Below, piece by piece: positions 12,821 through 26,381 of a DNA stretch of 64,000 nt. The translations under genes and the position numbers were made by a program. Each line of letters opens with the position of its first letter. Position 1 is the stretch's first letter. The stretch is from positions 40,550,001 to 40,614,000 of the forward strand of contig CM059432.1 in assembly GCA_030390025.1 (NCBI GenBank), in the 5' to 3' direction. The stretch is from Squalus acanthias (taxonomy: Eukaryota). The notes beneath the pieces were generated by a model. That model was not told the DNA's origin, made no database searches, and worked only from the letters and a program-made list of their open reading frames with translations.

Positions 12821-15165
12821 CTCTTATTGTCATTGAATGCTGAAATTCGGGGAGTTTGTGAAACATCTATTGGGAAATGGATTAAGCCACTCCAAACTCA
12901 TTTCAGCTAAGCTCCATATAGCCAGCAGAGAGAGAAGGCTTTACATCCCCTCATCTGGACTGGATTGAAGCTCAGTTTCCAGAGGGGAGAGGGCAGCATG
13001 TACCACCTGATCCCCAAAACTCTTTTTTTCTTTAAAAAAAAATACATTATCCAAGAAAAGATTGGCACACCACACATGAAGTCCCATTGTACTATCCCAA
13101 CAAGATTTACAGGAACTCAGCTGGGTTCAAAAACACTGCAGGGAGCTTCCTGTAGTGTCCTGCTGATTATTGCATTATTAACAACTGGGAGGGTCGAGCA
13201 CAAGCTGAACCAAAGTTAGAATTCCTGAGTAGTATAATCATTCCTTAAGCTTGTAATAATAGCACATCATATTAGCGGTATCGAGGTGTGGATTTTTGAG
13301 TGGTGGGGATATTTGTATAGAGATCAAAATACCCACCAATCTACCCAGCACAGTGGCAAATACACTGGGACAAACACAACTGGATTTGGGTTACCTGGTT
13401 ATAAGACAGGGAAATCACGATTAATCAGCTTAAAAACTTTAAAATTAAAAACTATATCACAATCACATCTAGCCTCTATAATAGGACACTTCCTTCATCC
13501 CTCCACTGTGTCAAGCTTTTCCGTGTTAACTTTAATGGCCGTTGAATTTTATGATTGCTTTGGCACCTCCAGGTCACAAGCACTGTTGTTTTGTAATCTT
13601 CTCTCTGGGAATCTGCCAGCAAGAAAATAATGATGCAAAAGAGATTGGCTCGCGTGTAACTCGGGAGCAGATTATTATTAAATTGCTCGGTGCAGCATGT
13701 GAAGTTCATGGGGCCCATCGGGATTGTAATCCCTTCAAAATAAAATAAATCAAGTTTATGTTTTAGCAACCTGCAGTCAGGAACAAAAGTAAAACACAAG
13801 TATTCCAACCATGATGGAAACTGCCTATAGTTCTGTGTGCGTCCGTCCATGCATTTGACTTCATTTCAGTAACTGTTTCACACAAATCTGGCAATATTCA
13901 GCTGGAAGACAGTGAATTGTCTTCTCGATCCTGTCTCAGCTCAGGGTAGCAGGTGTGCTTTCCCAAATTATTTCCATCCCTGTTTTATCCTAACAGTGTG
14001 AGCATGGAGGGAAAAAGTGGGCGCTCTGTGTGAACACCAGATCAAACGACCCATTAATCTCAGGCTTCAGTCAAAGGCTTGAAGCAAATCACTCCTACAG
14101 CATTTATTGACCCATATTTGAACAGTTTTCATACGTAATAAGAATATGTGAGCTCTGCTTGCCTGTATCACAATTCAGAACAGTATTAAAGGGCAAAGTG
14201 CCTTAATGAAAGAAATGCTTGAGAGCCTTATTTTGTATGGGGAGGGAGAAGAACTAAAAGCGCCGCATACAATGGCATCACAAACAAGGGAAGCAATGAC
14301 GGCTACAATGCGATTGGTATTGTGTTGGACAATGCGTTGAATATTTAGGACACAGTTTGCCTGGTTTGTTAGTGCAGTATTTACCAGTTCATGATTGTGC
14401 TGCTGCTCATGTGTTGAGCTCATTAGAAGCATAGTTTACAAATGCGCATAATTTTTGCAAAAGTCTGTTCAGAAAATGTCCATCTAGTGGTAACTAGAAC
14501 GCCAAAATTTCCACCAGTGACAATCATGGCGGCTTTGCAACACAGGAACTTTCTGGCTTTTCCAAGGACTGCAGCAGCTTGCACAGTTCCCCAATTTGAC
14601 TAATGATTTAATAACTTGAACAATATTTGAGTTTATAAACTCCATGGGCATTCACATACATGGTATATGCCATTTATTCTATACATATGAGATGACAACC
14701 AGGAAACACTGGTAGTTGAACAAAATTGAAACAATTCTGTTCTTGGTCTCACCATCAGCAAGTACATAGCAGTAACCATAGCAACTTGTGTGTAATAAAA
14801 CCAACTTTATTTTGCACAAGGAAAGAGGAAAATATACTAGGTCAAATTTATTTTAAACTCTTAATAAAATAATTGGAGTTGACATGTGTGTATGGATAAA
14901 TGAAACACTGCATAATGTGATGTCCACTCATGAAGATTGCATTGGTTATACTGTGAGTACCGTTTTGAGACCAATGTCGATTCAGAACAATGCTAAACTG
15001 GCACTGCTGAGTATGCGAGTGGCTCCATATTGCTTTTTGGTCAGGTAAGCATGCAAAGAGATTCACTCACCACCGTCTAAATGCCGGTTATTGTTTTTTT
15101 ATCTTTAGGAAGAAGCAAACAGGCCAATCGGTTCTTTGCTAATACTAAAATGTTTAAAAACAGAA

Positions 15166-15786
15166 GGCTAGATTTTCTGTCAATTCTCGCTGATTTTTCG
15201 GTGGATCTGGGGCAGGTACCGACAGAAACATGCTCAGGGACACAGTCTGCAAAGTCCCTCCCCCACCTCCCATTTCCCAGTGGGCAGATCCAGCAGCTTT
15301 AGTTGCATCCACCTATATGTGGGCAGGCATGCACAAATTAGATTAACATGAGGGAAATATGGCCTCCGCCATAATTCCTGCTGTTTTTGAATTCTGGATG
15401 CTGGCAATGCCTGTTGAGTCCCAGTTTCCAGTGCTCAAAGGTCAGTGGAGGTGACCCCAGAAGAAGACTCGTAAAGGGACCTGTACTAGTTCTCTCAGAG
15501 TGTGACTGGTCACAGGTCCCAGCAACAATATAAAAATTTTTAAACAAAACAAAAATTATGGAGACTTGGCCAGCTGTCTTATTCCTCCCGCTGTGCTGGC
15601 CCCTGAAGCTTGCTGTGGCAGCTCTCTACCCCCAGCCTGGTGCAACTCCCTGCTGGAGGCTGGGAGCCTGCCTCCCATATGCAAATAGCCCAAGGACTGG
15701 AAATATGGCCGAGGTCAGGGGGCATCTCTGAGAAAGACGGACGTCCCTCATGTTGGAGGTGTGCTTGCGTCAGAAAAATCGAGGCT
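15166..15786. mobile_element. degenerate MITE-like element
   Basis: GGCTAGATTTTCTG ... CAGAAAAATCGAGGC imperfect inverted termini resembling the TIR at 61386; GC-richer interior. Confidence 0.4.
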
Positions 15787-16089
15787 GAAGTTTAGAAACA
15801 AACTTTCAAATCTTCCCTTAATGGCAATCAAAGTTATATTGCAGCGCGTGTAAAGCCCAGACACTCCACTTGCCAGATTTTCATGCACTTCACTTATGCG
15901 ACTGTTTTGTGTCAGTGCAACATACTTTTGTGTTACAAGAAGAAGAAAATTGTAATAGGAATTAGCCAGTTAATGACATCATCTGAAATCACAGTGGCAG
16001 CTTCATCTCTCCATCCCCACTATGAATTCCAAGCCTGTTGCTATGCTTTGCAACTGCCTGCCTGATATTAAGACCTGAGTGATATTAAG

Positions 16090-16830
16090 CAGGTAAATGT
16101 TGGCTAAAATGAAGCCATCTTCTTCCTCTCCAGCCAGCATTTACATGCATCTAACCTTGACTCTCACCTGTTGCCAGCTCAGGGAATTCCAAAGGTTCAG
16201 ATATTTGGTATACTGCTTCACCACAAGCTGAGCTTCCTTCCCCACACCTAATCCATTACTATTTTCCTTCATAGCTGAAACTGTCCTTATCTTCACACCT
16301 ATCGCTTCCTCTCCATTGTCGAAACCCTATTCAAGCCTTTATTACCTCAAGGCTCAACTTTTCCAATGCTCTCCTTACCAGTTTCCCTTCCTCTACCCTG
16401 AACAATATTCAATTCATTCAAAACAACACAGCCAAAGTTCTTTCCCTCACAATGTCACACAGTCCTATGCCCCCTGCCCCACACATGCCAAGCTCCCTTC
16501 CTGTATCAGTGATCTCCGCCTGCTATATATCCTAACTTGCCCCTTCCACTCCTCCAACATGGATTACTTCTTATCCCCATTCCAACTGTTCCACAACTGG
16601 CTCCATTCTTTCAATCACTGTGCTCTGCCCCTTAGTTTCTTCCCTAAATCCATTCACCTCATCTCCTCTCTCCTTGCTTTCAAAAAAATCTTTCCTTACT
16701 TTCCCTAGATTCCTCTTCAATTTTTCTTCCCCTTCCCCCCGCCCCCCGCCCCCCCCATTTGGTGTCTACTGCTTTCCCCTATGCCCTGTCGTGCACACAG
16801 AGATGCTTTTCTTATGCAAAGAGCACTAAT
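16090..16830 (+). mobile_element. very old L2 LINE fragment
   Basis: AAGCTGAGCTTCCTTCCCCACACCTAATCCATTACT, CCTTTATTACCTCAAGGCTCAACTTTTCCAATGCTCTCC resemble the L2 copy at 50430-50570. Confidence 0.55.
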
Positions 16831-18874
16831 AGAAACAATATTCACATTGTTGAAGTTATGCAACCCCTTCAATCATAGAATAAACATTGTATTAATTACA
16901 AAGCAAAAAAATGCTATGTGGCCTCTATACAATTCATTGACTGTTGATGAGAAATTTTGCAGTGCCAAACTTGCCATATTTTTAACATCTATTCCCATGA
17001 ACTACCTGATGCAATCACAGAATGAATCAGTTCTTATTTGAATCCATGAAGGTAAGGTGTTAAAAACATTCTGAAAATAATTAATAAGCTACCTGTCAGA
17101 ATTTGTTGACCGAACATGTACACATTGATCTTTCATATTTATTGAGTAGACAGTCTGACAAAGGATCTGATACTTGATACTAAATACAACCAGTGATCAT
17201 TTACTCAGCACAACAAGGTGGTTTTAGTGTTTTTTCTCAACACACACAAATCTATAGGAAATGTTACTTCAGTTGAGAGGGAAAATACAAGCATTTCAAA
17301 GTTTGCTACTCTGGGCTGTGCTTCTTCTGCTGTCTTCACCGCAATCTTTTTTGTCATTTTTGTCAAATTTCACGCCAAATCATTGGATCTCGTTTGATGT
17401 ACTGTGTGTCCCATGGGACATATAGGCAAAGACCTGTATAACGTCAACACTGAATTCTTTTGTGAGCGGTGTCTTTAAATACTTATCAATGTCAATCAAA
17501 ACAGACCTAAGAGAAGGGGTGGATTTTGTGAGGTAGGCAGTTAAAAGGCTCAGGATAAAGGGGGTCTAACAGCCCTAAAGCTTGCCTGCTGTGAGCCTTG
17601 ACAGATTCTTGTTAAACTATTCAGACTAATCCGACTCCCTAGTCTCTGCAGGATCTCTGATGCTAACTCACAGGAGCCAAAACACAGGTGACTATGAACC
17701 ATCAAATTGATTTTAGCTCGACATAAAATGTAGTTCTTTCCCTTCTGAATCTAAAAGGACTTTATCAGACCTTAAGACTGAACAACCTAGATAGTTTAAA
17801 AAGTAATGAATTGTGGTGTTTTCAAACATTTGAAGAAATAGAATTCATTGTCCAAATAGATGCCAGTTGGAGAAAGCTGGCATAGTGTCAATAGCTCCAG
17901 CTGTAGTACTGCACTGGGTCAATCCCTCAAGAAGTGGAGTTTGGATACTGATCAAAGGCAAGGTTTAGCTATTGTTTTCCTAAACTTGTGCGATGTCAAG
18001 AAACACTGTGATTTTTAAACATATGGAGAGGCCTTAACCTGTGAAAGAACAACAACCGGGAGGAAAAATAGCAGGAAAATAACTTTGCTAATCCTGCAAA
18101 GCTGGTACATTCCCCTCCCCCCCGCCCAAGAAGCTTTCTTTCAACCTGTGTAACTAGGGACAGCAAATTCTCCTTTAATTTAAAAACTTCAATCAATTAT
18201 TAGATTTAGAGATCAGGCCTGACCAGGTGATACCACTGTGGGAATAGAAAGTAGTGTTTTTCTGGCACAACGGGTTTTCTGTTTCTGATGACAGGCAAAA
18301 CATGACAGAATAACTTCTCAAGGGACTTGTTTCAAGCTAATGAAACACAAACTGATGCACCTCTGGGTTGTATTTCATGTTAATTAGCTTTGAATGATTT
18401 TTTGACTTGTTCCACATAACAACAGTTACGGAAGAGCTCTACGTCACTACCCTGGTGACAAATAAATTACTAGTTCCAAGCAATGTTAGGTATAACCAAT
18501 TTATATACCCCTCCCCATCCCAGTATGTTTGAATGCACAAATTATCTGTAGAGGTTCTCATATAAAATTTTGGATAAAATGGATTAACCTCTTGAGATAT
18601 GTGACCTTGTTACAGTTACCTGCAGCTGCACCCTGTTTTTATGCTACTTAATTATGATATATTGAAAAATAGAGTTGCATCAGTGGTCAATGTTGTAGCA
18701 AGCAGTGTGATGATGGAGAAACTAATTGTTTTTAAATACTAGAGACTGCTAATATTTTATACCTCATTTGTAAAATTTAATATATTAAAAGCCAATTTTT
18801 TAGGTATCAGATGATCATGAACACTAAATCACTTAACTCTTCACAGTTTTTTTTATCAGTACTACATCAAGCAA

Positions 18875-20480
18875 TCAACAACTTGCACTTATATAGTATC
18901 TTTAATGTAGTAACACATCCCAAGATGCCAACCAGTAGAAGAGTTAGGGAGGTGACTGAAAGCATGGTCAAAGAGTTAGCTTTGAGGAGAATTTTGAAGG
19001 AAGGGACAGATGCAGCAATGCAGAATGAGGAGCCAAGACAGCTAAAGGTCTGCCATGAAAGAGGGAGCGGTGGGAGGGAGGATGCAAAGAAGACCTGAGA
19101 TGGAACAATGGCGAGCATGCACTGACATGTAGGGCTGGAAAAAGTGGTACAGATAGGGAGGGGCAAAGTCATGCAGAGTTTTGTAAATAAGGACAAATTC
19201 AATTAGTTCAGTGGATTGGGTATGGGGAGCCAATACAGGCTTGCAAGTGCAAGAGTTTTAGGGGAGCTTAGGATGTGAGCGGAGGAGTTTTGGACAAGTT
19301 GTAGAGTGGAACCTTGAGAAACCAGTAAGTAGAGTGTTGGAGAAGCCAAATTTGGAGATCATGAAGCCATGGAGAGGGTTTCAGCAGTGGTAGCGTGAGT
19401 TAAGGGTAGACATGTACAATGTTATAGAGGTAGAAACAGGTATTCTTGGTGATGGATAGGATATGGTGCGTGAAGTTTAGCTCAGGGTCAAACAGAATAC
19501 TGAGGTTGTGCACGGTCAGGTTCAAACTGTGCGAGCAGCAGGGATTGGAATGGAATCAAGGGCTAGGGTGTGGACTCTTTGGCAGGAGTGAACAGGAAGG
19601 TTTTGGTCTTGCCGATGTTAAATTGGAGAAAGTTCTTGCTCATCCATGACTAGATATCAAACAAGCAGTCAGACAGCAAATTGGTGGTCATGGAGTCAAG
19701 GGTGGTGATGGAGAGGCAGAGTTGGATGTCATTGGGCATGTTCTCACTGGAAAAGAGAAGGTGCGAGGTGATATGATTGCTGTTTTTAGGATTCTAAAAG
19801 GGATTAGATAATGTAGACCATGACAAGCTACCACACCTTGTCCCTAAAAGTAGAACCAGAGGACACGGCCTATACTTGGGGCGGGGGGATGTGGAAATTC
19901 AAACTAATCTGTGGAAACAATATGTCAATGAGAGAGTGACCAATCTATGGAACAGCCTCCCTAGGGAAACGATGGGAACAGTTAGTGTTGATTTATTCAA
20001 ATGCAAATTTGGTAGATTTCTTTCAGAAAATAACATTTTGGGATACAATATTTGTGTAATTTGAGGCATGACATGTGGTAAGTATAGCATTCTTGGAAGG
20101 AAAAAGGTGACTTTGAACCTATGGTTCCCAAAGCTCCCCACCACTGGGGTTCTCATGTAATTTCTGTGTGTTGTAGACGAATTGATCGAGATTGATTGCT
20201 TTGATTAGTCAACAACTCCATTATCATTGTATCATGTGTCTACCAGGATGGAGAAGGTGAACTAGATAGGCCTTGGTCTTTTTCTATCTAGCAATTCCTA
20301 TGTTCCGATGTACATATTGAAGCTGAATGCAAAGAACAGCACGTAAATAAGGAAAAGGAAAGAGCCAAGGATGGGAACTATAATGACCATCCAGGGATGG
20401 GAGGAGAAGTGTTGGCTATGTTGGGATAGTCGGAATCAAACCAAGCAGGAGCAGATGTGTTAGATATATTGGACAGGTAA
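18875..20480 (-). mobile_element. old L2 LINE, interrupted by a CR1 fragment
   Basis: 3' tail AACAACTTGCACTTATATAG at 18878; IYKTLHDFAPPYL motif; resumes after 20310 (TACATATTGAAGCTGA). Confidence 0.7.
19733..20310 (+). mobile_element. CR1 LINE 3' fragment nested in L2
   Basis: TTCTCACTGGAAAAGAGAAGG..RTRGH..ERVTNLWNSLP; tail ATTCCTATGTTCCGATG. Confidence 0.75.
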
Positions 20481-21114
20481 GATTCAAACAAAGCAAGAGT
20501 TGTATCACAGAGGTGGACCACAGAAGTTCCTTTCATTTTCTTTCTTGACTATCAATGTGCTAAGTGCTTCCTAAAATACATTTGCTAAAAAGAAAATCAA
20601 ATTTATATCTATATAGAAATAACTTTAAAAAATATATATAGGGTCTTAAATGTCATGGTAACTTCGACAGGAGTACACCAGAACGGCTGGATACTAGGTC
20701 AAAGCTCAGATATGCTGGGCACAGATATCCCTCTGTTACAGGGAGCCTAAGTGGTCATTCTTCAAGCAGGAGTCTAGCTAGTGAATATCGGTAGGCCTAT
20801 CAACTGTAGAAAATGCATCCAGTATCTAGGTACACTTTCCAGGAAGGGGTCATTACAAAGTAATTAGCAGTGATAGCACTGGTTGAATTCCCCCACTCAC
20901 CTTAATCCTTGTTTTCTAATTGTGGCAAACATAAGCTAATTGTAATGCCCATTACTACCTCAGCATAAGATATTGAATCCAGAACTTAGTTAAATATTTA
21001 TGACTCAGTACTGGTGCCACATGATGCATTTAACTGTTAAGACATTGGGAAAACCAAAAATACAATTTCTCTCTTTTCATGTGTGATAAAAATTTAAAGC
21101 TTTCCAAAGTGAAG

Positions 21115-21690
21115 TGGAGGTGGAAGTAGGCAGTCTTTGTGTTGGAGAGGATATGGGTTGGAAACTCAGCTCAGGTTCAAATAGAATGCCGAGGTTGTGA
21201 ACAGTCTAGTACAACCTGAGTCAGTGGCCGGAGAGGGGGATGGAATCAGAGGAAAGGGTACAGAGCTTGTGGCGAGGGCCAAAGATGATGGCTTCAGTTT
21301 TCCCAATGTTTAACTGTTAGAAATTGCAGCTCATCCAAGACTGGATGTCGGGCAAGCAGCCTGACAACATAGAGGCAGCAGAGGGGCCGAGAGAGAGGTG
21401 GTGGAGAGGTAGAGCTAGGTGTCATCAGCATATATGTAGAATCTGACCCTATGTCTTGGGATGATGTCGCCAAGGGGCAGTATGTAGATCAGGAAGAGGA
21501 GGGGAAAAGATAGATCCTTGGGGGACTCCAGAGGTAATGGTGTGGGTGCGGGAAGCGAAGCCATTGCTGAAGATCCTCTGGACACAATTGGATAGGCAAG
21601 ACTGGAACCAAGCAAGAGCAGCCCCACTGGGTTGAACAATGGAAAAGAGGCACGAGAAAAGGATGGTGTGGTCGACCTTTTCAAATATCA
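21115..21690 (-). mobile_element. L2 LINE RT fragment
   Basis: [43 protein letters not shown]. Confidence 0.85.
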
Positions 21691-21699
21691 TCAGTACGA

Positions 21700-21920
21700 G
21701 TGAGGAAAGGGGTTAGGAGAAATTTCTTTATGTAGACAGAATTGCTTTACTAGAGAGAGTGGTTGAAGCAGAGGCCATTACATCTTTTCGGGGAAAATTG
21801 GATAAATATTTGAAGTACAGGGAAATGGGGAGAGGAATTAATTTTGATGGCTCCAGCAAAGAGTCAATAAGATACAGCGGGCCGAATAGCCTCCTCCTGT
21901 GCTGTAAACTGCTATGGACT
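21700..21920 (+). mobile_element. CR1 3' end fragment
   Basis: TTAGGAGAAATTTCTT..GGGCCGAATAGCCTCCTCCTGTGCTGTAA. Confidence 0.65.
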
Positions 21921-22444
21921 TAGCTCTACCTCATCATAACTAGCATTATATTTTATTTATATTTTTATTTTGCATTTTGTTCATTTCAGTTGAAGGATGG
22001 ACCACAGCCTCTGGAACTTTGAGCATTAACACAATGGTATGCTAAGCTAAGAGGAGGTGTGTTTTACTCTTTTTCTTTCTCTACCATACGGCTCTCCTTC
22101 ACACCGTTGTTGTCCCATCTTGTTGTCTAACTGTTAACATCAAACCATCCAATGAGTGGCAATCAATTCAAATTTTGGCCACAAGAACCTGTGACAGCAA
22201 AGCAATTACGGTAAATGATTAATCAGAGTTGCAATGCCCACCATATCAATCCAGCTGACCTTGGTCTTCTTCATCCGTGAAGAACTTAAGCGCATCATAC
22301 AATAACATTCCCATTTCAAATCAAATTCATTAATGAACTTTCTTTATTTTTGGAACGTTAAAAGTAAAGATGAATATGGGTGCTTTAACTAACAGCTTCG
22401 TTTCTCTTGACTATGGTCTACGCAACAAGGAGCTTTCAGATCAC

Positions 22445-22735
22445 GAGAAGCCATGTGCCTTTTCCTGTGGTTTTAATTTTGCCCTTATCTCTTTATTCAT
22501 CCATGGCGTTTCATTATTGGTTAGTTTGTTCTTGTTTTTTAGTGGAGTGTATTTCTCCTGGGCTCTATTGATCACTTTTTTGAATATTTCCCACTGCTGT
22601 TCTATCTCTTTGTTTGTCAGTGTTCTGTTCCAGTTTGTCTTCCCTGGTTCCATTCTCCTCATCTCAGCCTTTTCCAATCTATTTTGTCTTTGTCTTACTT
22701 TCGCCTTTCTCAGTCATTAACTTTAATCTTATTAT
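22445..22735 (-). mobile_element. CR1 ORF2 fragment
   Basis: EQQWEIFKKVINRAQEKYTPLK..PWMNKEIRAKLK. Confidence 0.75.
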
Positions 22736-22994
22736 AAAATGAGTTCAGGAATGGGGCTGGGTGAGACCTAGAAGCAGAGGTGCAGCAGAGGTTAGAACCA
22801 AAAGCAAGCTTCCCTCTAGACCAACAGCGAAATCTTGCAGAACTCCAAGCCACTGGTGGGGCCTGGCACATCCTGGGCAGCTCATTTTAAAACTGGGGGT
22901 GCAGAAGCTGTGATCAGCAATGTGTTCAGAGTACGGGCTAGGCTCAGTGTTAGTGTTCGGACAGTCCTGTTACATCAAGAATCTTGACAAAGTC

Positions 22995-23200
22995 AGAGAA
23001 AGGGAGAAACTGGGAGAGAGAGACAGGGGCAGGGAGAGAGGAAATTGAGCCAGAGAGGGAGAGACACATAGAGAAAGAGGGAAGAGAGAGTGAGAAAGAG
23101 AGAGAGTGCGACAGAGAAAAGGAGAGAGAGAGTGCAACAGAGAAAAGGAGAGAGAGATGGGCAGAGTGAGGGGAAACAGAGACAGCAAAATAAGTGAGAC
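22995..23200. repeat. GA-rich low-complexity tract
   Basis: imperfect (GA)n. Confidence 0.85.
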
Positions 23201-23204
23201 AAAC

Positions 23205-23682
23205 AGTGTGATTGCACTGGAGGATACAAAGGAGATTTACGAGGATGTTGCCAGGACTGGTGAATTTTAGCTATGAGGAAAGATTGGATAGGCTGTGGTT
23301 GTTTACGTTGGAACAGAGGAGGCTGAGGGGAGACTTAATTGAGGTGTATTAAATTTTGAGGGAACTAGATAGAGTGGATAGAAAAGACCTATTTACCTAG
23401 ATTTAAAGTAATTGGTAGAAGGATTAGAGGGGAGTTGAGGAGAAATGTTTTCACCCAGAGGGTGGTGGGGGTCTGGAACTCACTGCCTGAAAGGGTGGGA
23501 GAGGTAGAAACCCTCATCGCATTTAAAAGTATTCGGATATGCACTTGAAATGCCGTAACTTACAATACTAAGGGCCAAGAGCTGGAAAGTGGGATTAGGC
23601 TGGATGGCTCTTCTTTTGGCCGGCGCGGACACAATGGGTCAAATGGCCTCCTTCTGTGCCATAAACTTCTATGATTCTATGA
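23205..23682 (+). mobile_element. CR1 3' fragment
   Basis: GGAGATTTACGAGGATGTTGCCAGG..GAGGGTGGTGGGGGTCTGGAACTCACTGCC; tail TTCTATGATTCTATGA. Confidence 0.85.
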
Positions 23683-25570
23683 AACATCAGTGTAGGGTCG
23701 AGCTGCATTCAGTAGAGAGAAAGAAGACATGACATGGCCATCTCTTTGTCTTCAGTATGATGAAATGATGCAGTAGAGCTTCCCTGCAGGGTAAACAGAC
23801 TGCGGATGTGGCTGCCATTCACAGATTTCCCCATAGGGGCATCCACATTTCAGGATAATGTGAATATATTTTCAGAGTGAATAATCGCTACCACTGAGGA
23901 GCTTGTTACTTCATGACAGCACCCTTGCAAACAGTCTCAATATAACTAATACTGAGAAGGGGGGAAAAAAACCAGAACATTGTACTATTTATCTTCATTA
24001 AACAGATAGTGGATTAGGGCTGACTGTTGGTAGTTTCAAATTAAGACCGGAGGGAAGCTTGGCAGTGAAGATGCATCTGAATATGTATGCTACTGAGCTT
24101 AGGAAAATATTTACTGGAACCCTTTGATACGTTACAGTATTATTAGTTAGAATTCTCTGGCAGAGAAGAAGAGCTGCTTTCATTACTTCAATTAATGTCA
24201 AATTCTCTAACACCAGGAAAGCGTGAAATAAATATTCAGGTGCGATCAAACCCAATTATATGTAACTTAGTTCCATGCAAGTTGTTAAAAAGTTTGTATA
24301 CCTGCTTTCCGCTCTCCGCTCTCCTTGCCCCATCTCATTCACTTCAATAGCAATCTTGTCTGCTTAAAAATGATCGCTACCTCTCTGTAAATTATCTATT
24401 ATCAGGCATTATCTATTTTCAGGCATTCGAATTCAGGCCACATAAACAGCCTGGAGCAACTGGTAGATGGTGAATTAGTATGATAGGTCAGCTCTATAAA
24501 GTTAATGCAAATTTCCTTGTGCTAATTTAGGATTTGTTTATAGGGCACATATATTAAGATTAGTGTGTAGTTGGCTGGTATTTTCAATGAATTATAAAAG
24601 TCAGATTAGAAACACGCCTCATGGTAACTGGAAAATCAGAACATGTCCTTTCTCCATATATAAAAATTAAATGCACATCATGAAGAATCAATTAGTAGAA
24701 TTTTCTAGTATGCTCCTGTTCATAAAAGGTTAATGAAAAATACAATATTGCAGGATGATATGCTGTCAATTTAACATTCACATTCAAATTTCAAGAGGAA
24801 AAGGAAGTGCAAGCATTCCCCCGGTATTAGATTACATTTACACACTTTATTTTCTCTTTTTGAAAAATAGAAGGCACAAGGGTTCTGAGGACTTGTCATT
24901 CAGAGATAGTCATTCACTTAGATGGTGTTATCAGTGTTTTTTTAATAACCTCTCCCCTCCTGTTGTGAAGGCATTGATTCTGTTGGTGTATCGTTCTTCA
25001 TGTATGAGCCTATACAGTGAGTGTGAACCGGCTATTCAACTGTATGGGGCATCATACACCGCCCAACCCTGTTCTCATCCACACATTGCACTTTACAGCC
25101 GGATTCATGGCATAGTGCTCAGAGGTGGGAACCCAGACTGATTTTTCTTCTCCCTAACCCATTGATGCTAAAGCTAATTGTATCTCGGCTACCACAATCT
25201 GAGATCAAATAACTCAGCATCAAACCTGAGATTTTTCTGATCTATATGATTCGGTCGCACACTAGATGGTATATTTACCAACTCAGTCAGTTATGTCGTA
25301 CCACTCTTGTAGGGATGAAGGCCTTTGATTTTTTTTCAATTAGTTTGTTCACTCCTTGCTGCACCATTGTAACAAGGCATCCAACAGTAGCTGTGCGCAA
25401 AACCTAAGTGCCACCATAAAAAATTTCAGACAGAATCCAATTTTTTCCCCGCACAATGTTAATTGCTTTCTGCAGTACAAGATTTATTTTAATGCCACTT
25501 CAACAGAATAGAACAATTTCAAATAATTAAAAGACTCAGATAGTCATTCATCTGCTATGGTCTATTAAAT

Positions 25571-26381
25571 GTTTTTTTTTTATTCGCTTATGGGATCTGG
25601 GCATCGCTGGCAAGGCCAGCATTTATTGCCCATCCCTAATTGCCCTCAAGAAGGTGGTGGTGAGCCGCCTTCTTGAACCGCTGCAGTCCATGTGGTGAAG
25701 GTACTCCCACAGTGCTGTGAGGGAGGGAGTTCCAGGATTTTGACCCAGTTATGATGAAGGATCGGCGATATACTTCTAAGTCAGGATGGTGTGTGACTTG
25801 GAGGGGAACTTGGAGGTGGTGGTGTTCCCATGCGCCTGCTGCCCTTGTTCTTCTAGGTGGAAGAGGTCGCAGATTTGGGAGGTGCTGCCGAAGAAGCCTT
25901 GGCGAGTTGCTGCTGTGCATCTTGTAGATGGTACACACTGCAGCCACGGTACGCCGGTGGTGGAGGGAGTGAATGTTTAAGGTGGTGGATGGGGTGTCAA
26001 TCAAGCGGGTTGCTTTGTCCTGGATGGTGTCGAGCTTCTTGAGTGTTGTTGGAGCTGCACTCATCCAGGCAAGTGGATAGTATTCCATCACACTCCTTAC
26101 TTGTGCCTTGTAGATGGTGGAAAGGCTTTGGGGAGTCAGGAGGCGAGACACTCGCCGCAGAATACCTAGCCTCTGACCTGCTCTTGTTGCCACAGTATTT
26201 ATGTGGCTGGTCCAGTTAAGTTTCTGGTTAATGGTGACCCCAGGATGTTGATGGTGGGGGATTCGGCGATGGTAATGCCATTGAATGTCAAGGGGCAAGT
26301 GGTTAGACTCTCGCTTGTTGGAGATAGTCATTGCCTGGCACTTCTGTGGCGTGAATGTTACCTGCCACTTATCAGCCCAAA
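25571..26381 (-). mobile_element. poly(A)-tailed APE/RT LINE (family X, CR1 group), 3' 0.8 kb
   Basis: KLNWTSHINTVATRAGQRLGILRR..YKAQVRSVMEY; 11-bp TSD GTCTATTAAAT at 25560-25570 and 26382-26392. Confidence 0.9.

Noticed and set aside
16728..16756. functional G-quadruplex on the minus strand
   Set aside because: C-run inside a decayed L2; no supporting context
22970..23229. short ORFs
   Set aside because: artefacts of GA-rich low complexity
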